Of a stretch of 64,000 bases of DNA, positions 19,130 through 28,016 are shown one piece after another. The position numbers and the translations under genes are program-made. Under the pieces are notes generated by a model. That model had not been told where the DNA came from, made no database searches, and saw only the letters and a list, made by a program, of their open reading frames with translations. Origin of the DNA: a virus; the IMG/VR virus record IMGVR_UViG_3300021184_000001, positions 34,854-98,853 of that record; one strand, given 5' to 3'. Each line of letters starts with the position of its first letter. Within the stretch, counting starts at the first letter, position 1.

Positions 19130-20340
19130 CAGGCGGCTTCCCATCGGGTGTAGAGGGCGACTTCGACCTGCGCTTCGACATCGGCGCCGACGGCGGCGAG
19201 CACCTCGACGCAGAGGCCGTAGCCGCACGAGAACGTCGGCCACGAAAACGTGCGTCCGCCCGGTCCGTACAGGGCCGGGACGTCTACGTCACCGCCGAGG
19301 CAGACGGTTTGGGCGCGTGAGACGCGACCGTCGATGACCGTCTCGCCCCCTGAGGGGATGTACAAGACGGTGATGTCGGTGCAGGCCATGCAGGGGTCGA
19401 CCGCGATCAGGTCGGTGCAGTCCAACCCGAGCGGATTCTGGTAGAACCTGATGGTGACGTTGCGCAGGTCAGCGCCCCCGGCGCGAATGCGGATGACCGG
19501 TACGAGCTCCAACCATGAGGGAACGCTCATGCCCTCGACCGAGGCGATCTGGTGGTACGCCTCGAAGTCATCGACGGGATAGCATGCGTCCAGGGGAGCT
19601 TCAGGCACTTCGGGGATGACCGGTCGCGGGCACTCGGGATCGGTCGCGCACGGTGTGACGGTTCCGCAGTTCTCGTAGGCTTCCAGCAGGTTGACGATGG
19701 TGCGTTCAGCGTTGGCGGCGTTGAACAGCAACTGGATTTCCGCGTCCTGGAACAGACCGACGTTGCGGCTGCGCATGACGAACTCGACCTCCCAGAACGT
19801 CACGAGGCCTGACCGCCAGATCGACACGACGTGGGGACGCTCCAAGGCCGAAACGTCGACGAGGGTGCGCACAGGGTCGGGTGATCTGTCCGTTGGGCAT
19901 GCCACGGCCACGCACATTTGACCGCCGATACATGAACCGGTGGGGCAATACGATCCCGTGAGGGCCATCGACAGCCACGCAAGCCCGTACGACACCGCTG
20001 CTTCTGAGCGCCCGGCGAGGATGACGTGCATGGTCATGTCGCGGACGATGACGCCGTCGACGATCTCGGATGGATGCATCCACAGGCCCTCGATGTCGAC
20101 GCCTCCGACGCCGAGGAAGTCGGCCGACACCGGTACCGCCGGGTCGTACCAGGGGGCCGCGTCGGCCTGGGGGGAGATGAAGGGAGGATCGGAGACTTCG
20201 GCGACGAGTTCGGGGCACGGCACGCAGATGGTGACCGCCCCGGGATCGCACGGACTGTGCGCAAGGTAGGCGGCGAGGCGTGCGGAGTTGATGACCTCGG
20301 TGCCGTCGAAGGCCATCCATCCGGCGCGATCGGTTATCAT
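19129..20340 (-). CDS. Distal tail (Dit-like) protein, Cys-rich
   Basis: Immediately after tape measure; 17 Cys in 403 aa. Confidence 0.65.
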   Translation of the reverse strand: MITDRAGWMAFDGTEVINSARLAAYLAHSPCDPGAVTICVPCPELVAEVSDPPFISPQADAAPWYDPAVPVSADFLGVGGVDIEGLWMHPSEIVDGVIVRDMTMHVILAGRSEAAVSYGLAWLSMALTGSYCPTGSCIGGQMCVAVACPTDRSPDPVRTLVDVSALERPHVVSIWRSGLVTFWEVEFVMRSRNVGLFQDAEIQLLFNAANAERTIVNLLEAYENCGTVTPCATDPECPRPVIPEVPEAPLDACYPVDDFEAYHQIASVEGMSVPSWLELVPVIRIRAGGADLRNVTIRFYQNPLGLDCTDLIAVDPCMACTDITVLYIPSGGETVIDGRVSRAQTVCLGGDVDVPALYGPGGRTFSWPTFSCGYGLCVEVLAAVGADVEAQVEVALYTRWEAA

Positions 20341-23300
20341 GAGATTCGCTCCAGTCCCCGGCCGCCCATGCGGCGCTCGATGATCCGCAGGGCTCGACGT
20401 GCGACTTGCTCGGGATCGGCGTTTTGGGAGTGGACGTGCATCTCACCCACGACAGGACCAGCAGGTGCGCTGCTGGTAGACATTCCGGCAAGGGCGCCTT
20501 GGGAGGCGAGTAGGTCGATGAGGCCCGACTGCTGGGCGAGTTCGGCGGCGCGCTGGGGCCGCGTGAGGGGGATGACGACTTCTCGGCCCGCTTCGCCGAT
20601 GAGTGCGGCGGTAGGTCCGTTGACAATGCCGCCGTTGGCGAATGGGTTGAGGTCGATGTCGCCGAGGTTCTGGGCGGTGTTGATGGCGTCCTGGACGAAG
20701 CCGACGATCGAGTCGACGACGCCGCTGATGGTGTCGCGGGCGCTGCGCAGCCCGTCGAGCATGTTGTCGAAGACGTCACTGATCGTGTCGCCCATGTCAC
20801 TGAAGAAATCGCTGATGTTGCCCGCCGCGTCGGAGACCACATCGACCACGGTCTCGATCAGGCTCTCCATGAGGTCGAACCGGTTCTTCCACAGATTCCA
20901 GAGCGTAGTTACGGCGTCACGGATAGTGCCGAATTTGCTGGTCACACCGCTGCTGAGCCGACCGATCCACTCGATCAACGGCTCGATCGCGGTCTCCCAG
21001 AACAGCTTGAGGATCGCGGCGCTCTGCTCGAACCACGGGATGACGTGATCCGCGAGGATGTCGGCCAAGAACCCGAAGGCGGCGGTCAACGGCACCAGCG
21101 CGACGTTGATGATCGCGCCGATGATCTCGGCCAGAAATTCGATTACGGGCGTGAGCAGGCTGGCGATCAGCGTGATCAGCGTGGTGATCGGCTGCAGGAT
21201 CGCCGAGAACAGCTCCAGCAGCGGGGCAAGGACGAGTCCGACCAGCTGCAAAACCGGACTAAGTGCCTCAATAATGGGCAAAAGCAGAGAAATGACCGGA
21301 ACAAGCAGCGAGCCGATCACATTGACCAATTGGAAGAAAATCTCAATAATTGGTGTCAAAACGGGCAAAAGCGCCTCGATGATCGGCATCAGGGCGTCCG
21401 CAAGTGCAACGACGAGCTGCAAGATCGGCGGCAGCAGGGTCGCGATAACGCTTGCCAGCCCCGCACCCAGGGCCTCGATCACGGGCGCGAGGGCCTCGAC
21501 CAGCCTGGTGAACAAATCGGCGATAAGTGGCAAAACGGGCGCAAGGGCGCCTGCGAGCGCCTGCACGATCGGCATGATCGCGCTTGCCAGCACGGAGAGG
21601 ATCTGTGCGCCGAGAGTGATGACGATGCCGATCAACTCGCCGATCACAGGGAGTATTGGTGCGATAGCAGTCAGTACTGCCCCGATGGCTTCGCCGAGGG
21701 GGGCGAGGGAGGGGGCGATGGCCTCGGCGGCGGCAGCGATCCCGGCGAAGATCTCGACGACGCCGGGGCCAAGGGCCAGGAGAGCCTGCCCGAGCCCTTC
21801 GAGGACGACTGACAGGCTGGGGCCCAGGGCCTCGGCGATCAGCCCGATGATGGGCAAGACGAGGCCGAGCTGGGTCACCAGGGTGGCGAAGACGGGTGCC
21901 AAGGCCTGCACGGTGGTGCCGATGGCCGCGAACACGTTCGCGAGAGCCGCTTGCCCCTCGAACGATTCGAAGGTGGTGCGGACGACTTCAAGCGCTTCGC
22001 CGATGGCACCCAACGCGTCGACACCGGCGAGCTCGGCAGCCGAGAACACTGCCTGGAAGATGCCAGCGAGGTTGGCGATAATGCCTCCCAGCTGCTGGAA
22101 CACCTGGATGGCGAAGTCGAATGCCTCCATGGCCTGCCCCGAGGCCACGACCTCCTGAGTCCACGCCTGGAACTGCGCGCCGAGCCCGGCGATAGGACCG
22201 GCTGCTTCGGCGATCCGGGGCAGGAAGGTGTCGGCCAGGAGGCGCATCCCCTCCAGGAAGGGCACCGTGGACGCTGCAAGCGCGTCGAAGATGGTCGCCA
22301 GCGTCGCGAACGTGGTGGTGACAGTGCCAGCAGTGGCACTCTGGGCGAGGAACTCGCCGATCCTTGCGACGATCCCCCCGAAGGAGGCGGCAGCGAGGTT
22401 CAAACCCTCGCTGAGTGGGCCGAGGAGGTTGTCGGCGACGGCAGTGATGGTGCCTGCAAGCTGCGAGAACAGTGCTTCCTGCGCGCCCAGGCGCATGTTG
22501 GTGAGCGCGGGGGCAATGGCCTGGAACTCGCGGGCTACGGCCTGGGCTGCTGGGGCGAGACCTTCGAGCGCCTCCTCGAAGGCGGCCGTGTCCTCGAAGG
22601 CCGCGCCGATGGCGGCGCCGAAGCCGTTGAAGGCGATGGCGACGGTTGCGACACCGGCGCCGACGAGGTTAAGCACCGCCGGGAGTGCGAACAGGGCGCC
22701 TGAGAGCGACTCCAGAAGTCCCACCACGACCAGGGCCTGGGCCCCCATGGAGATCATCTCGCTGGTGGCGCTGGACAAGATTCCAGCCAGCGCCTGCAGG
22801 GGCCGCAGCGAGATAGAGGCGAGCGCGGTGCTCAGACCGCGCAGCCCGGTGGTCAGGCCCCGGGTCATGGCCGATCCGAAGCGCGCGCCGATGCTCTGTC
22901 CGCGCCGCTGGGTCTCCTCCTCGGCCCCGTCGCCGACACCGCGCCCGAACAGCTGCCCGATGCCCTGCCCGATGCGTGCCCAGGGGATGAGGTTGAAGGC
23001 ACGCTGGACGCTTTGCGCAGCGGGGCCGAACGCGCGGGTGGCCGCTGCTTGGATACGCGGGCCCGCGCGGTTGATTGCCTGCGTGATGTTGTTGACGGCC
23101 GTCGTGCCCGCCAGGCGCAGCCGTACCAGGCCGCGCCCGAACGCGTCGCTGGCACGGACACCGAACGCCTGGAACAGCGCCGGAAGGCGACCCAGGGCAC
23201 GTCCGATGGGGCTTTCCAGGACGCCGGTGATCAGCGCGCCGATGCCCGCCATGCGCTGGAAGAACGCTTCGCGAGCCATGTCCCCGGCGGCGCGGAACAG

Positions 23301-24125
23301 CGCCGGGAGCCTGCCGAGCGCTCGGCCGACGGGGCTTTCGATGAAATTGGTGATCCCGGCGCCGATACCGGCCATGCTTTGGAAGAACGACTCACGGGCC
23401 ATGTCCCCGGCGGCGCGGAAGAGCTGCCCGATGCGCGTGGCGGCGCGCCCGATGGGCCCTTCGATAACGTTCATGATGCCCGCGCCGATACCGGCCATGC
23501 GCTGGAAGAACGCTTCGCGGGCGAGGTCGCCAGCGGCGCGGAACAGTGCCGGGATGCGACCTAGTGCCTGACCGACGGGGCTGTTGATGAAGTTGGTGAT
23601 GGCCGCTCCGATGCCTGCCATCTGGCTGAAGAAGGCGTTGCGGGCTGCGGTTCCAGCGGCGGCGAACAGGGGCGCGAGCCGCGACAGCGTGGCGTTCAGT
23701 GCGCGGCCGAAAAGGTTCCCGATCAAAGTGCGCAGCGGGTTGACCACGGCGTTCTGGAACGCGGTGACGATGCCCCGGCCGCCCTCCACGAAGGCGACGC
23801 GCAAGCCCCGCGAAACCAGCTGGGCCGCGCCCTGCAGCCCTTGGGCGATGGCGAGGTTGAGGAAGCCGAGGATCTGGATGCCGCGCAGTCCGCGCCGCAG
23901 GGCGGTGCGCAGTCCGTCGGTGAAGGAGACGCCTCCTTGCTGCCCGGCGCGCCGCAGTCCACCGGTGAATTGGTTGCCGATGTTCTGGTTGAAGGCGTTG
24001 GTGAACTGCTGGGCGGCTTGAGCACCGATTTGGCTGAACGCGCCGCGCAGTTGCCGCCGCAGGTTGGAGAGGAAGCGGCTGGTGTCGGCGACAACGCGGA
24101 CTTCCGCAGTCGCAATTACTGCCAT
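20337..24125 (-). CDS. Tape measure protein
   Basis: 1262 aa, Ala/Gly/Leu-rich amphipathic repeats; AVIATAEVRVVADTS start; C-terminal FANGGIV...GEAGREVVIPL. Confidence 0.92.
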   Translation of the reverse strand: MAVIATAEVRVVADTSRFLSNLRRQLRGAFSQIGAQAAQQFTNAFNQNIGNQFTGGLRRAGQQGGVSFTDGLRTALRRGLRGIQILGFLNLAIAQGLQGAAQLVSRGLRVAFVEGGRGIVTAFQNAVVNPLRTLIGNLFGRALNATLSRLAPLFAAAGTAARNAFFSQMAGIGAAITNFINSPVGQALGRIPALFRAAGDLAREAFFQRMAGIGAGIMNVIEGPIGRAATRIGQLFRAAGDMARESFFQSMAGIGAGITNFIESPVGRALGRLPALFRAAGDMAREAFFQRMAGIGALITGVLESPIGRALGRLPALFQAFGVRASDAFGRGLVRLRLAGTTAVNNITQAINRAGPRIQAAATRAFGPAAQSVQRAFNLIPWARIGQGIGQLFGRGVGDGAEEETQRRGQSIGARFGSAMTRGLTTGLRGLSTALASISLRPLQALAGILSSATSEMISMGAQALVVVGLLESLSGALFALPAVLNLVGAGVATVAIAFNGFGAAIGAAFEDTAAFEEALEGLAPAAQAVAREFQAIAPALTNMRLGAQEALFSQLAGTITAVADNLLGPLSEGLNLAAASFGGIVARIGEFLAQSATAGTVTTTFATLATIFDALAASTVPFLEGMRLLADTFLPRIAEAAGPIAGLGAQFQAWTQEVVASGQAMEAFDFAIQVFQQLGGIIANLAGIFQAVFSAAELAGVDALGAIGEALEVVRTTFESFEGQAALANVFAAIGTTVQALAPVFATLVTQLGLVLPIIGLIAEALGPSLSVVLEGLGQALLALGPGVVEIFAGIAAAAEAIAPSLAPLGEAIGAVLTAIAPILPVIGELIGIVITLGAQILSVLASAIMPIVQALAGALAPVLPLIADLFTRLVEALAPVIEALGAGLASVIATLLPPILQLVVALADALMPIIEALLPVLTPIIEIFFQLVNVIGSLLVPVISLLLPIIEALSPVLQLVGLVLAPLLELFSAILQPITTLITLIASLLTPVIEFLAEIIGAIINVALVPLTAAFGFLADILADHVIPWFEQSAAILKLFWETAIEPLIEWIGRLSSGVTSKFGTIRDAVTTLWNLWKNRFDLMESLIETVVDVVSDAAGNISDFFSDMGDTISDVFDNMLDGLRSARDTISGVVDSIVGFVQDAINTAQNLGDIDLNPFANGGIVNGPTAALIGEAGREVVIPLTRPQRAAELAQQSGLIDLLASQGALAGMSTSSAPAGPVVGEMHVHSQNADPEQVARRALRIIERRMGGRGLERIS
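23160..23700 (-). repeat. 123-bp (41-aa) tandem repeats in tape measure, about 4.5 copies
   Basis: TC(C/G)CC(G/A)GCGGCGCGGAA anchors at 23281, 23404, 23527. Confidence 0.85.
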
Positions 24126-24192
24126 AACCCCCCCAAGTTCTCATTAGATCACAAATCGGGCATACGGGTATTATGGTACGTCTTGCGCTTGG

Positions 24193-24723
24193 CTAAGCCA
24201 TCCAATCGGGACTCACCCCGGGCGCCTCCATGGGCAGCACCCCCGGCGTCGTCAGCTGCGCCCACATCTCCAGCCGCTTCTCTTCTTTCTCACCCGTCTG
24301 CACCAGCCACGTCACCGCCGCCGCGCACCAGTCGGCCGCGCTCGCCGTGGTCAAATCGATGCGCAGGTTGCACACGGCCCACATGCGAAACGACGTGAGG
24401 TAATGCCGCAGCGTTCCCAGCGCACGGGAGGCCACAAAAAACGGGAACCCGTAGAGATAGAGCCCCAGCGGCTGCGCGATCACGTGCAGCCGCTTCCAGC
24501 TCATCAAGTCCTCGGGATCTTTCAAGCGCTCATACATGCGCTCCTTGTCCACCGTGACCAGGCCGTCGGGCATGAGATGACGCCATCCGTAGGAGGCGCC
24601 GATGTCCAGCAGGCGCTGCGCGTCCGGCACGGGCAGTTCGAAGTCGTCGCCATCGATGCGCAGCAGCGCCCGATCGGGAGAGATGCCGGGCATGTGGACG
24701 GTGGTAGCGAAGGAGGAGATCAA
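24193..24723 (-). CDS. Tail assembly chaperone, downstream ORF (T-like)
   Basis: Directly before tape measure; in -1 frame relative to upstream chaperone; start uncertain. Confidence 0.55.
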   Translation of the reverse strand: MISSFATTVHMPGISPDRALLRIDGDDFELPVPDAQRLLDIGASYGWRHLMPDGLVTVDKERMYERLKDPEDLMSWKRLHVIAQPLGLYLYGFPFFVASRALGTLRHYLTSFRMWAVCNLRIDLTTASAADWCAAAVTWLVQTGEKEEKRLEMWAQLTTPGVLPMEAPGVSPDWMA

Positions 24724-25232
24724 CGACGGCGTCCCGAGCGGCGCTTGGGACGCATGTTCGTGTCGGTGAGCTCGCCCATCCAGTCCTCGACGGCCGTGTT
24801 CATGATCCGAAGGAGCTGCTGCCGGGGTACCGGGCGTGAGTTGTCGCGCGGGCGCGCAGCGGTGGCTCGCAGGAGCACCCCGAGGCCGTCCTCGATCGGG
24901 TCGCCGTTCTCGTCGACGGCACGCCGGAAGGTGCGTTCGAAGAAGTACTCGAAGAGGTCGGTGGGGCTGACCTCGTCCATGCTCATCTCGGCGATGTCGA
25001 ACAGCACGGTGTCGTCTTCAATACCGAGGGTGTAGATGTTGCCTTTGAGCTGGAACACGAATTCGGCGTAGGAGGTCTCGGGGACATCGTCGAGGTTGAT
25101 GTCGAGAATCGGCTGCGGCCGGATGGCGCGCTGCGGCTGGGCCCCGGCCTGGGGCTGCCCGACGGAGCTCGTCTTGGCGTACTGCTTTTGGGCATCGGCC
25201 AGCGGACGCGAGGTAAACAGATCATCAGTCAC
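24720..25232 (-). CDS. Tail assembly chaperone (G-like)
   Basis: Position, size (170 aa) and acidic composition. Confidence 0.6.
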   Translation of the reverse strand: MTDDLFTSRPLADAQKQYAKTSSVGQPQAGAQPQRAIRPQPILDINLDDVPETSYAEFVFQLKGNIYTLGIEDDTVLFDIAEMSMDEVSPTDLFEYFFERTFRRAVDENGDPIEDGLGVLLRATAARPRDNSRPVPRQQLLRIMNTAVEDWMGELTDTNMRPKRRSGRRR

Positions 25233-25259
25233 ATAAAGGATCTAACCCTACGAATGCGA

Positions 25260-25276
25260 CTAAATCAGACATTTAG
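25260..25276. promoter_or_regulatory. AANCRGACA box upstream of chaperone-tape measure unit
   Basis: CTAAATCAGACATTTAG; 16 nt identical to 38575-38590. Confidence 0.7.
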
Positions 25277-25287
25277 GTTTCGGTGTG

Positions 25288-25770
25288 TCACGGCCCCGGC
25301 CCGATGTTCCGCACCCCCGAACCGGGCGTAATCACCCACCGCTGCCGCCCCGACGTCCCCCGGATGAGCCCACGCAGCATGAACGGGTTCGCCGGTTGCC
25401 CCTTCACCGACCGCCGATACAGCAGCGCCCCATCCCGCTTGCCCTCGAACCGTAGGAACCGCTTCGTCTTCGGCGTGATCGGACGCCCGCGCCTGCCGTA
25501 GATCCCAGTCCCCGTCTGAACCCACAGCGCCGCCTCGTCGAAGTTCATCACGCGGCCCATGACATACCGGAACGGGCGCACGCGCAGACTGAATCCGTAG
25601 CTGGCCTTCATATCGCCGTCCTGCACCGGGGTCTGCTGCACACACATCGCTCGCACTCGCTGCGATGTCAGCACCACCAACGACGCCACTTCGCCCTGCG
25701 GGGAGTTCAGCAGCCGGTTGGCTTCGGCCATGTTGATGTCGACGCGCGTCACGCGCATCCGGATGACCAT
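25288..25770 (-). CDS. HK97 gp10-like tail completion protein
   Basis: TPVQDGDMKAS, WVQTGTG, ITPKTKRFLRF, VKGQPANPFM. Confidence 0.75.
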   Translation of the reverse strand: MVIRMRVTRVDINMAEANRLLNSPQGEVASLVVLTSQRVRAMCVQQTPVQDGDMKASYGFSLRVRPFRYVMGRVMNFDEAALWVQTGTGIYGRRGRPITPKTKRFLRFEGKRDGALLYRRSVKGQPANPFMLRGLIRGTSGRQRWVITPGSGVRNIGPGP

Positions 25771-26435
25771 TAACCGCCTCCGGCTGGCCGTGAAACGAAG
25801 ACCTCCTCCGCAGGCTCGTTGCGCCAGGTGACTACAGCAGTCTGGCCCGTCGGATCGTCAGGATCGGCATCGACACCGGCCACCAGCTGCGCGACGGGCT
25901 CTTCGGCGACGAGCGGAGCGTTGACGACGAGCGTCAAGATCGAACCGGCACAGCCTCCCGTGGGACCCAGCGGCAGGATCTGCGCCGCGATCACCGAGAT
26001 GGGCAGCTCGAAAGACACCGGCGTGGGCGGCTCACCGGCCAGCGGCCAGCAGCAAAGCACCTGCGCCAGCGTCGCGCGGTCAGCGGCGAGCAGATCCCGG
26101 TCGGCGTCGTAGGCCGCAGGTGCCGGGGCGTTCCCGTTCTCGTCGGGGATGGCGGTGATACAGCGGTAGATGCCCAGCTCGATCTGCGCCTGCCAGGAAC
26201 TCGCGCACGGGAGCCCACCGAACGTGAGGTCTTCGGGGTCGATCTCGATCGCCTGCGAGATGCGACGCACCCACACTTGGCCATTCTCTCCGGCAGTGTT
26301 CGCTTGGCACCGGTCGCCGACCGGCGGCACGTCACCACCGAAGTGATGGCACTCGCAGGCTGGACGCCCTTCGGTACGCAGCATCGAGCACAGGCACGAC
26401 AGCAGCTCGTTTTCGAGGTAGTCAAGGACGTTCAC
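25770..26435 (-). CDS. Putative tail terminator / neck protein, Cys-rich
   Basis: GTG start overlapping upstream stop; IELGIYRC; neck position. Confidence 0.55.
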   Translation of the reverse strand: MNVLDYLENELLSCLCSMLRTEGRPACECHHFGGDVPPVGDRCQANTAGENGQVWVRRISQAIEIDPEDLTFGGLPCASSWQAQIELGIYRCITAIPDENGNAPAPAAYDADRDLLAADRATLAQVLCCWPLAGEPPTPVSFELPISVIAAQILPLGPTGGCAGSILTLVVNAPLVAEEPVAQLVAGVDADPDDPTGQTAVVTWRNEPAEEVFVSRPAGGG

Positions 26436-26656
26436 GCGACGTCCCCCCTGGCGCGATGCACGATGAAGCGCACCGTCCCGATACCCACCAGCAGCAGCGG
26501 CCATGCCAGCGCGTACAGCAGAGCGAAGCCGACGCCCATGGCCAGCCGCGCGGAAGTGGTGACGTCAAATCCACTGGCGACGGCGTTGCGGTAGAGCATG
26601 CGTGCGGTGAATAGCATGGCAACGACGTAGACCACGCTCACGATCAGCGGGATCAT
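26432..26656 (-). CDS. Small two-TM membrane protein
   Basis: 74 aa, two hydrophobic helices, overlaps both neighbours. Confidence 0.6.
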   Translation of the reverse strand: MIPLIVSVVYVVAMLFTARMLYRNAVASGFDVTTSARLAMGVGFALLYALAWPLLLVGIGTVRFIVHRARGDVA

Positions 26657-27450
26657 GGCGTCACCGGTCCGGTGCGCCAGACCTGCGAGGTGTCGACGTC
26701 AGGCGACCACACGGACGGGTTCGAGGTGACGCCATACGGGTTGATCGAAGCGATCCATCGATCGACCCGGGCGATCCCGGTGAAGTGAATGATGCCGTCC
26801 TCTCCGGACCCGATGGTCGAATCCAGCTGCATGCTCAAGCCTTCACGGTTGATGCTGGTGACACCGGAAGGCAGCGTGCCGCACCCGCTGCCAGCTGGTG
26901 GGCATTCTTGGAGCTTGCGGCAGGCGAGGATGCTGACGGCACGGATGGCGTCCAGGCCTGGCGGGGTACCGCGCAGGTAGGTGACGACGAGACCATCCTC
27001 AGTGCAGTAGTCCTGGCACGCGGGCCAGCAGCCGCCGCAGCGGGCGAGACGGTTGCGCGTCAGCAGCTTCCACTCATCGCTGTCCAGGGCGACACCGTCG
27101 ACGGTGACCGACTCGATCGAGTAGACCGGCCCCTGCAGGGTTACGGTGCACAGCTGCGTACACGAGCAGGTGTCGCGGCATCCGCATTTGGAGTTGAACC
27201 AGGAGCCATTGACGTCCCGGTAGGGTCGCATCCAGTACGCCTCCAGCGGACGCGCCACACACTGGTCCAGACAGGGCAGTTCGGTGGTGCGGCACAGGCC
27301 GATCACCCCGGCGACCGCACGCCAGAGCTCGACCGTGGCCAGCCACTGGGCCTCGAAATGGGCCTCGTCCCAATCGTCTTCGTCTGGAGGCCACCCGGGG
27401 CAGCAGACGGGATCGATCGGCCACGGGTCGCACGGGTACAACGCTGACAT
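26653..27450 (-). CDS. Head-to-tail adaptor, Cys-rich
   Basis: LWRAVAG, VTLQGPVYSIESVTVDG, GVTSINREGLSM; 18 Cys in 265 aa. Confidence 0.7.
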   Translation of the reverse strand: MSALYPCDPWPIDPVCCPGWPPDEDDWDEAHFEAQWLATVELWRAVAGVIGLCRTTELPCLDQCVARPLEAYWMRPYRDVNGSWFNSKCGCRDTCSCTQLCTVTLQGPVYSIESVTVDGVALDSDEWKLLTRNRLARCGGCWPACQDYCTEDGLVVTYLRGTPPGLDAIRAVSILACRKLQECPPAGSGCGTLPSGVTSINREGLSMQLDSTIGSGEDGIIHFTGIARVDRWIASINPYGVTSNPSVWSPDVDTSQVWRTGPVTP

Positions 27451-27490
27451 GACAAACCCCCTTCACCGCCTTACGTGACTATATATGACA

Positions 27491-27499
27491 AAACAGACA
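27491..27499. promoter_or_regulatory. AANCRGACA box upstream of adaptor gene (and of divergent mazG)
   Basis: AAACAGACA; TATAGT on minus strand at 27478-27483. Confidence 0.65.
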
Positions 27500-27521
27500 A
27501 TTAAGGAGATGTGCCCAGGGC

Positions 27522-27932
27522 GTGAGCGTCTACTACGATGCGAATGTGAATCTTGCTGACCTTTCGCATCGTGCGATGACCGTTGCCGACCTGTACGACG
27601 AGTACCATCGCCGCAAGCGCGGACGCACCTGGAGCCGATCCGATTACGCGCTCGGTCTTCTCGGCGACCTTGGCGACCTTGCCAAGCTCGTCATGATCGC
27701 CGAAGACATCCGGGACGGCACCCCCGACAAGTCCGCGCTCGAACACGAGCTGGCCGACTGCCTGTGGTCGGTCCTAGTTCTGGCACAGCGCTTCGATGTG
27801 GACCTGGAGACGGCATTCGCCACCACCATGGATCAGCTGGAAGTCCGGGTGAAGGGCAACATCGCCGCACATCGACTACGCTCGGAGACGCGCAGCGGGG
27901 TGGAGCAGCTCGGTAGCTCAACAGGCTCATAA
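27522..27932 (+). CDS. mazG: MazG-like nucleotide pyrophosphohydrolase
   Basis: LGLLGDLGDLAK and LEHELADCLWSVLVLAQRFDVDL. Confidence 0.8.
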   Translation: MSVYYDANVNLADLSHRAMTVADLYDEYHRRKRGRTWSRSDYALGLLGDLGDLAKLVMIAEDIRDGTPDKSALEHELADCLWSVLVLAQRFDVDLETAFATTMDQLEVRVKGNIAAHRLRSETRSGVEQLGSSTGS

Positions 27933-27967
27933 CCTGAAGGTCGGCGGTTCAAATCCGCTCCCCGCGA
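27894..27967 (+). tRNA. tRNA-Met(CAT), initiator-like with variant anticodon stem
   Basis: Cloverleaf: GCGGGG/CCCCGC acceptor with 1:72 mismatch, GAGC/GCTC D stem, CTCATAA loop (CAT 27928-27930), GGCGG-TTCAAAT-CCGCT T arm; no encoded CCA. Confidence 0.85.
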
Positions 27968-27971
27968 CAAG

Positions 27972-28001
27972 GCGGCCCTGACGTGCACTCGTCAGGGCCG
28001 C
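27972..28001. terminator. Hairpin after tRNA-Met
   Basis: GCGGCCCTGACG / CGTCAGGGCCGC, perfect 12-bp stem between convergent units. Confidence 0.7.
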
Positions 28002-28016
28002 TTCGAATTCCCAGTG

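Noticed and set aside
24700-24800. Programmed -1 frameshift between the two tail chaperone ORFs
   Set aside because: The frames are in the expected -1 relation and open, but I found no X-XXY-YYZ slippery heptamer, and a TTG start with GGGA upstream could explain the second ORF
27478-27500. Late box as a PafBC/RecA-NDp promoter (TTGTCRGTG-N8-TANNNT)
   Set aside because: Only this copy has that spacing; all copies have a pyrimidine (TGTCYG) where that motif has a purine
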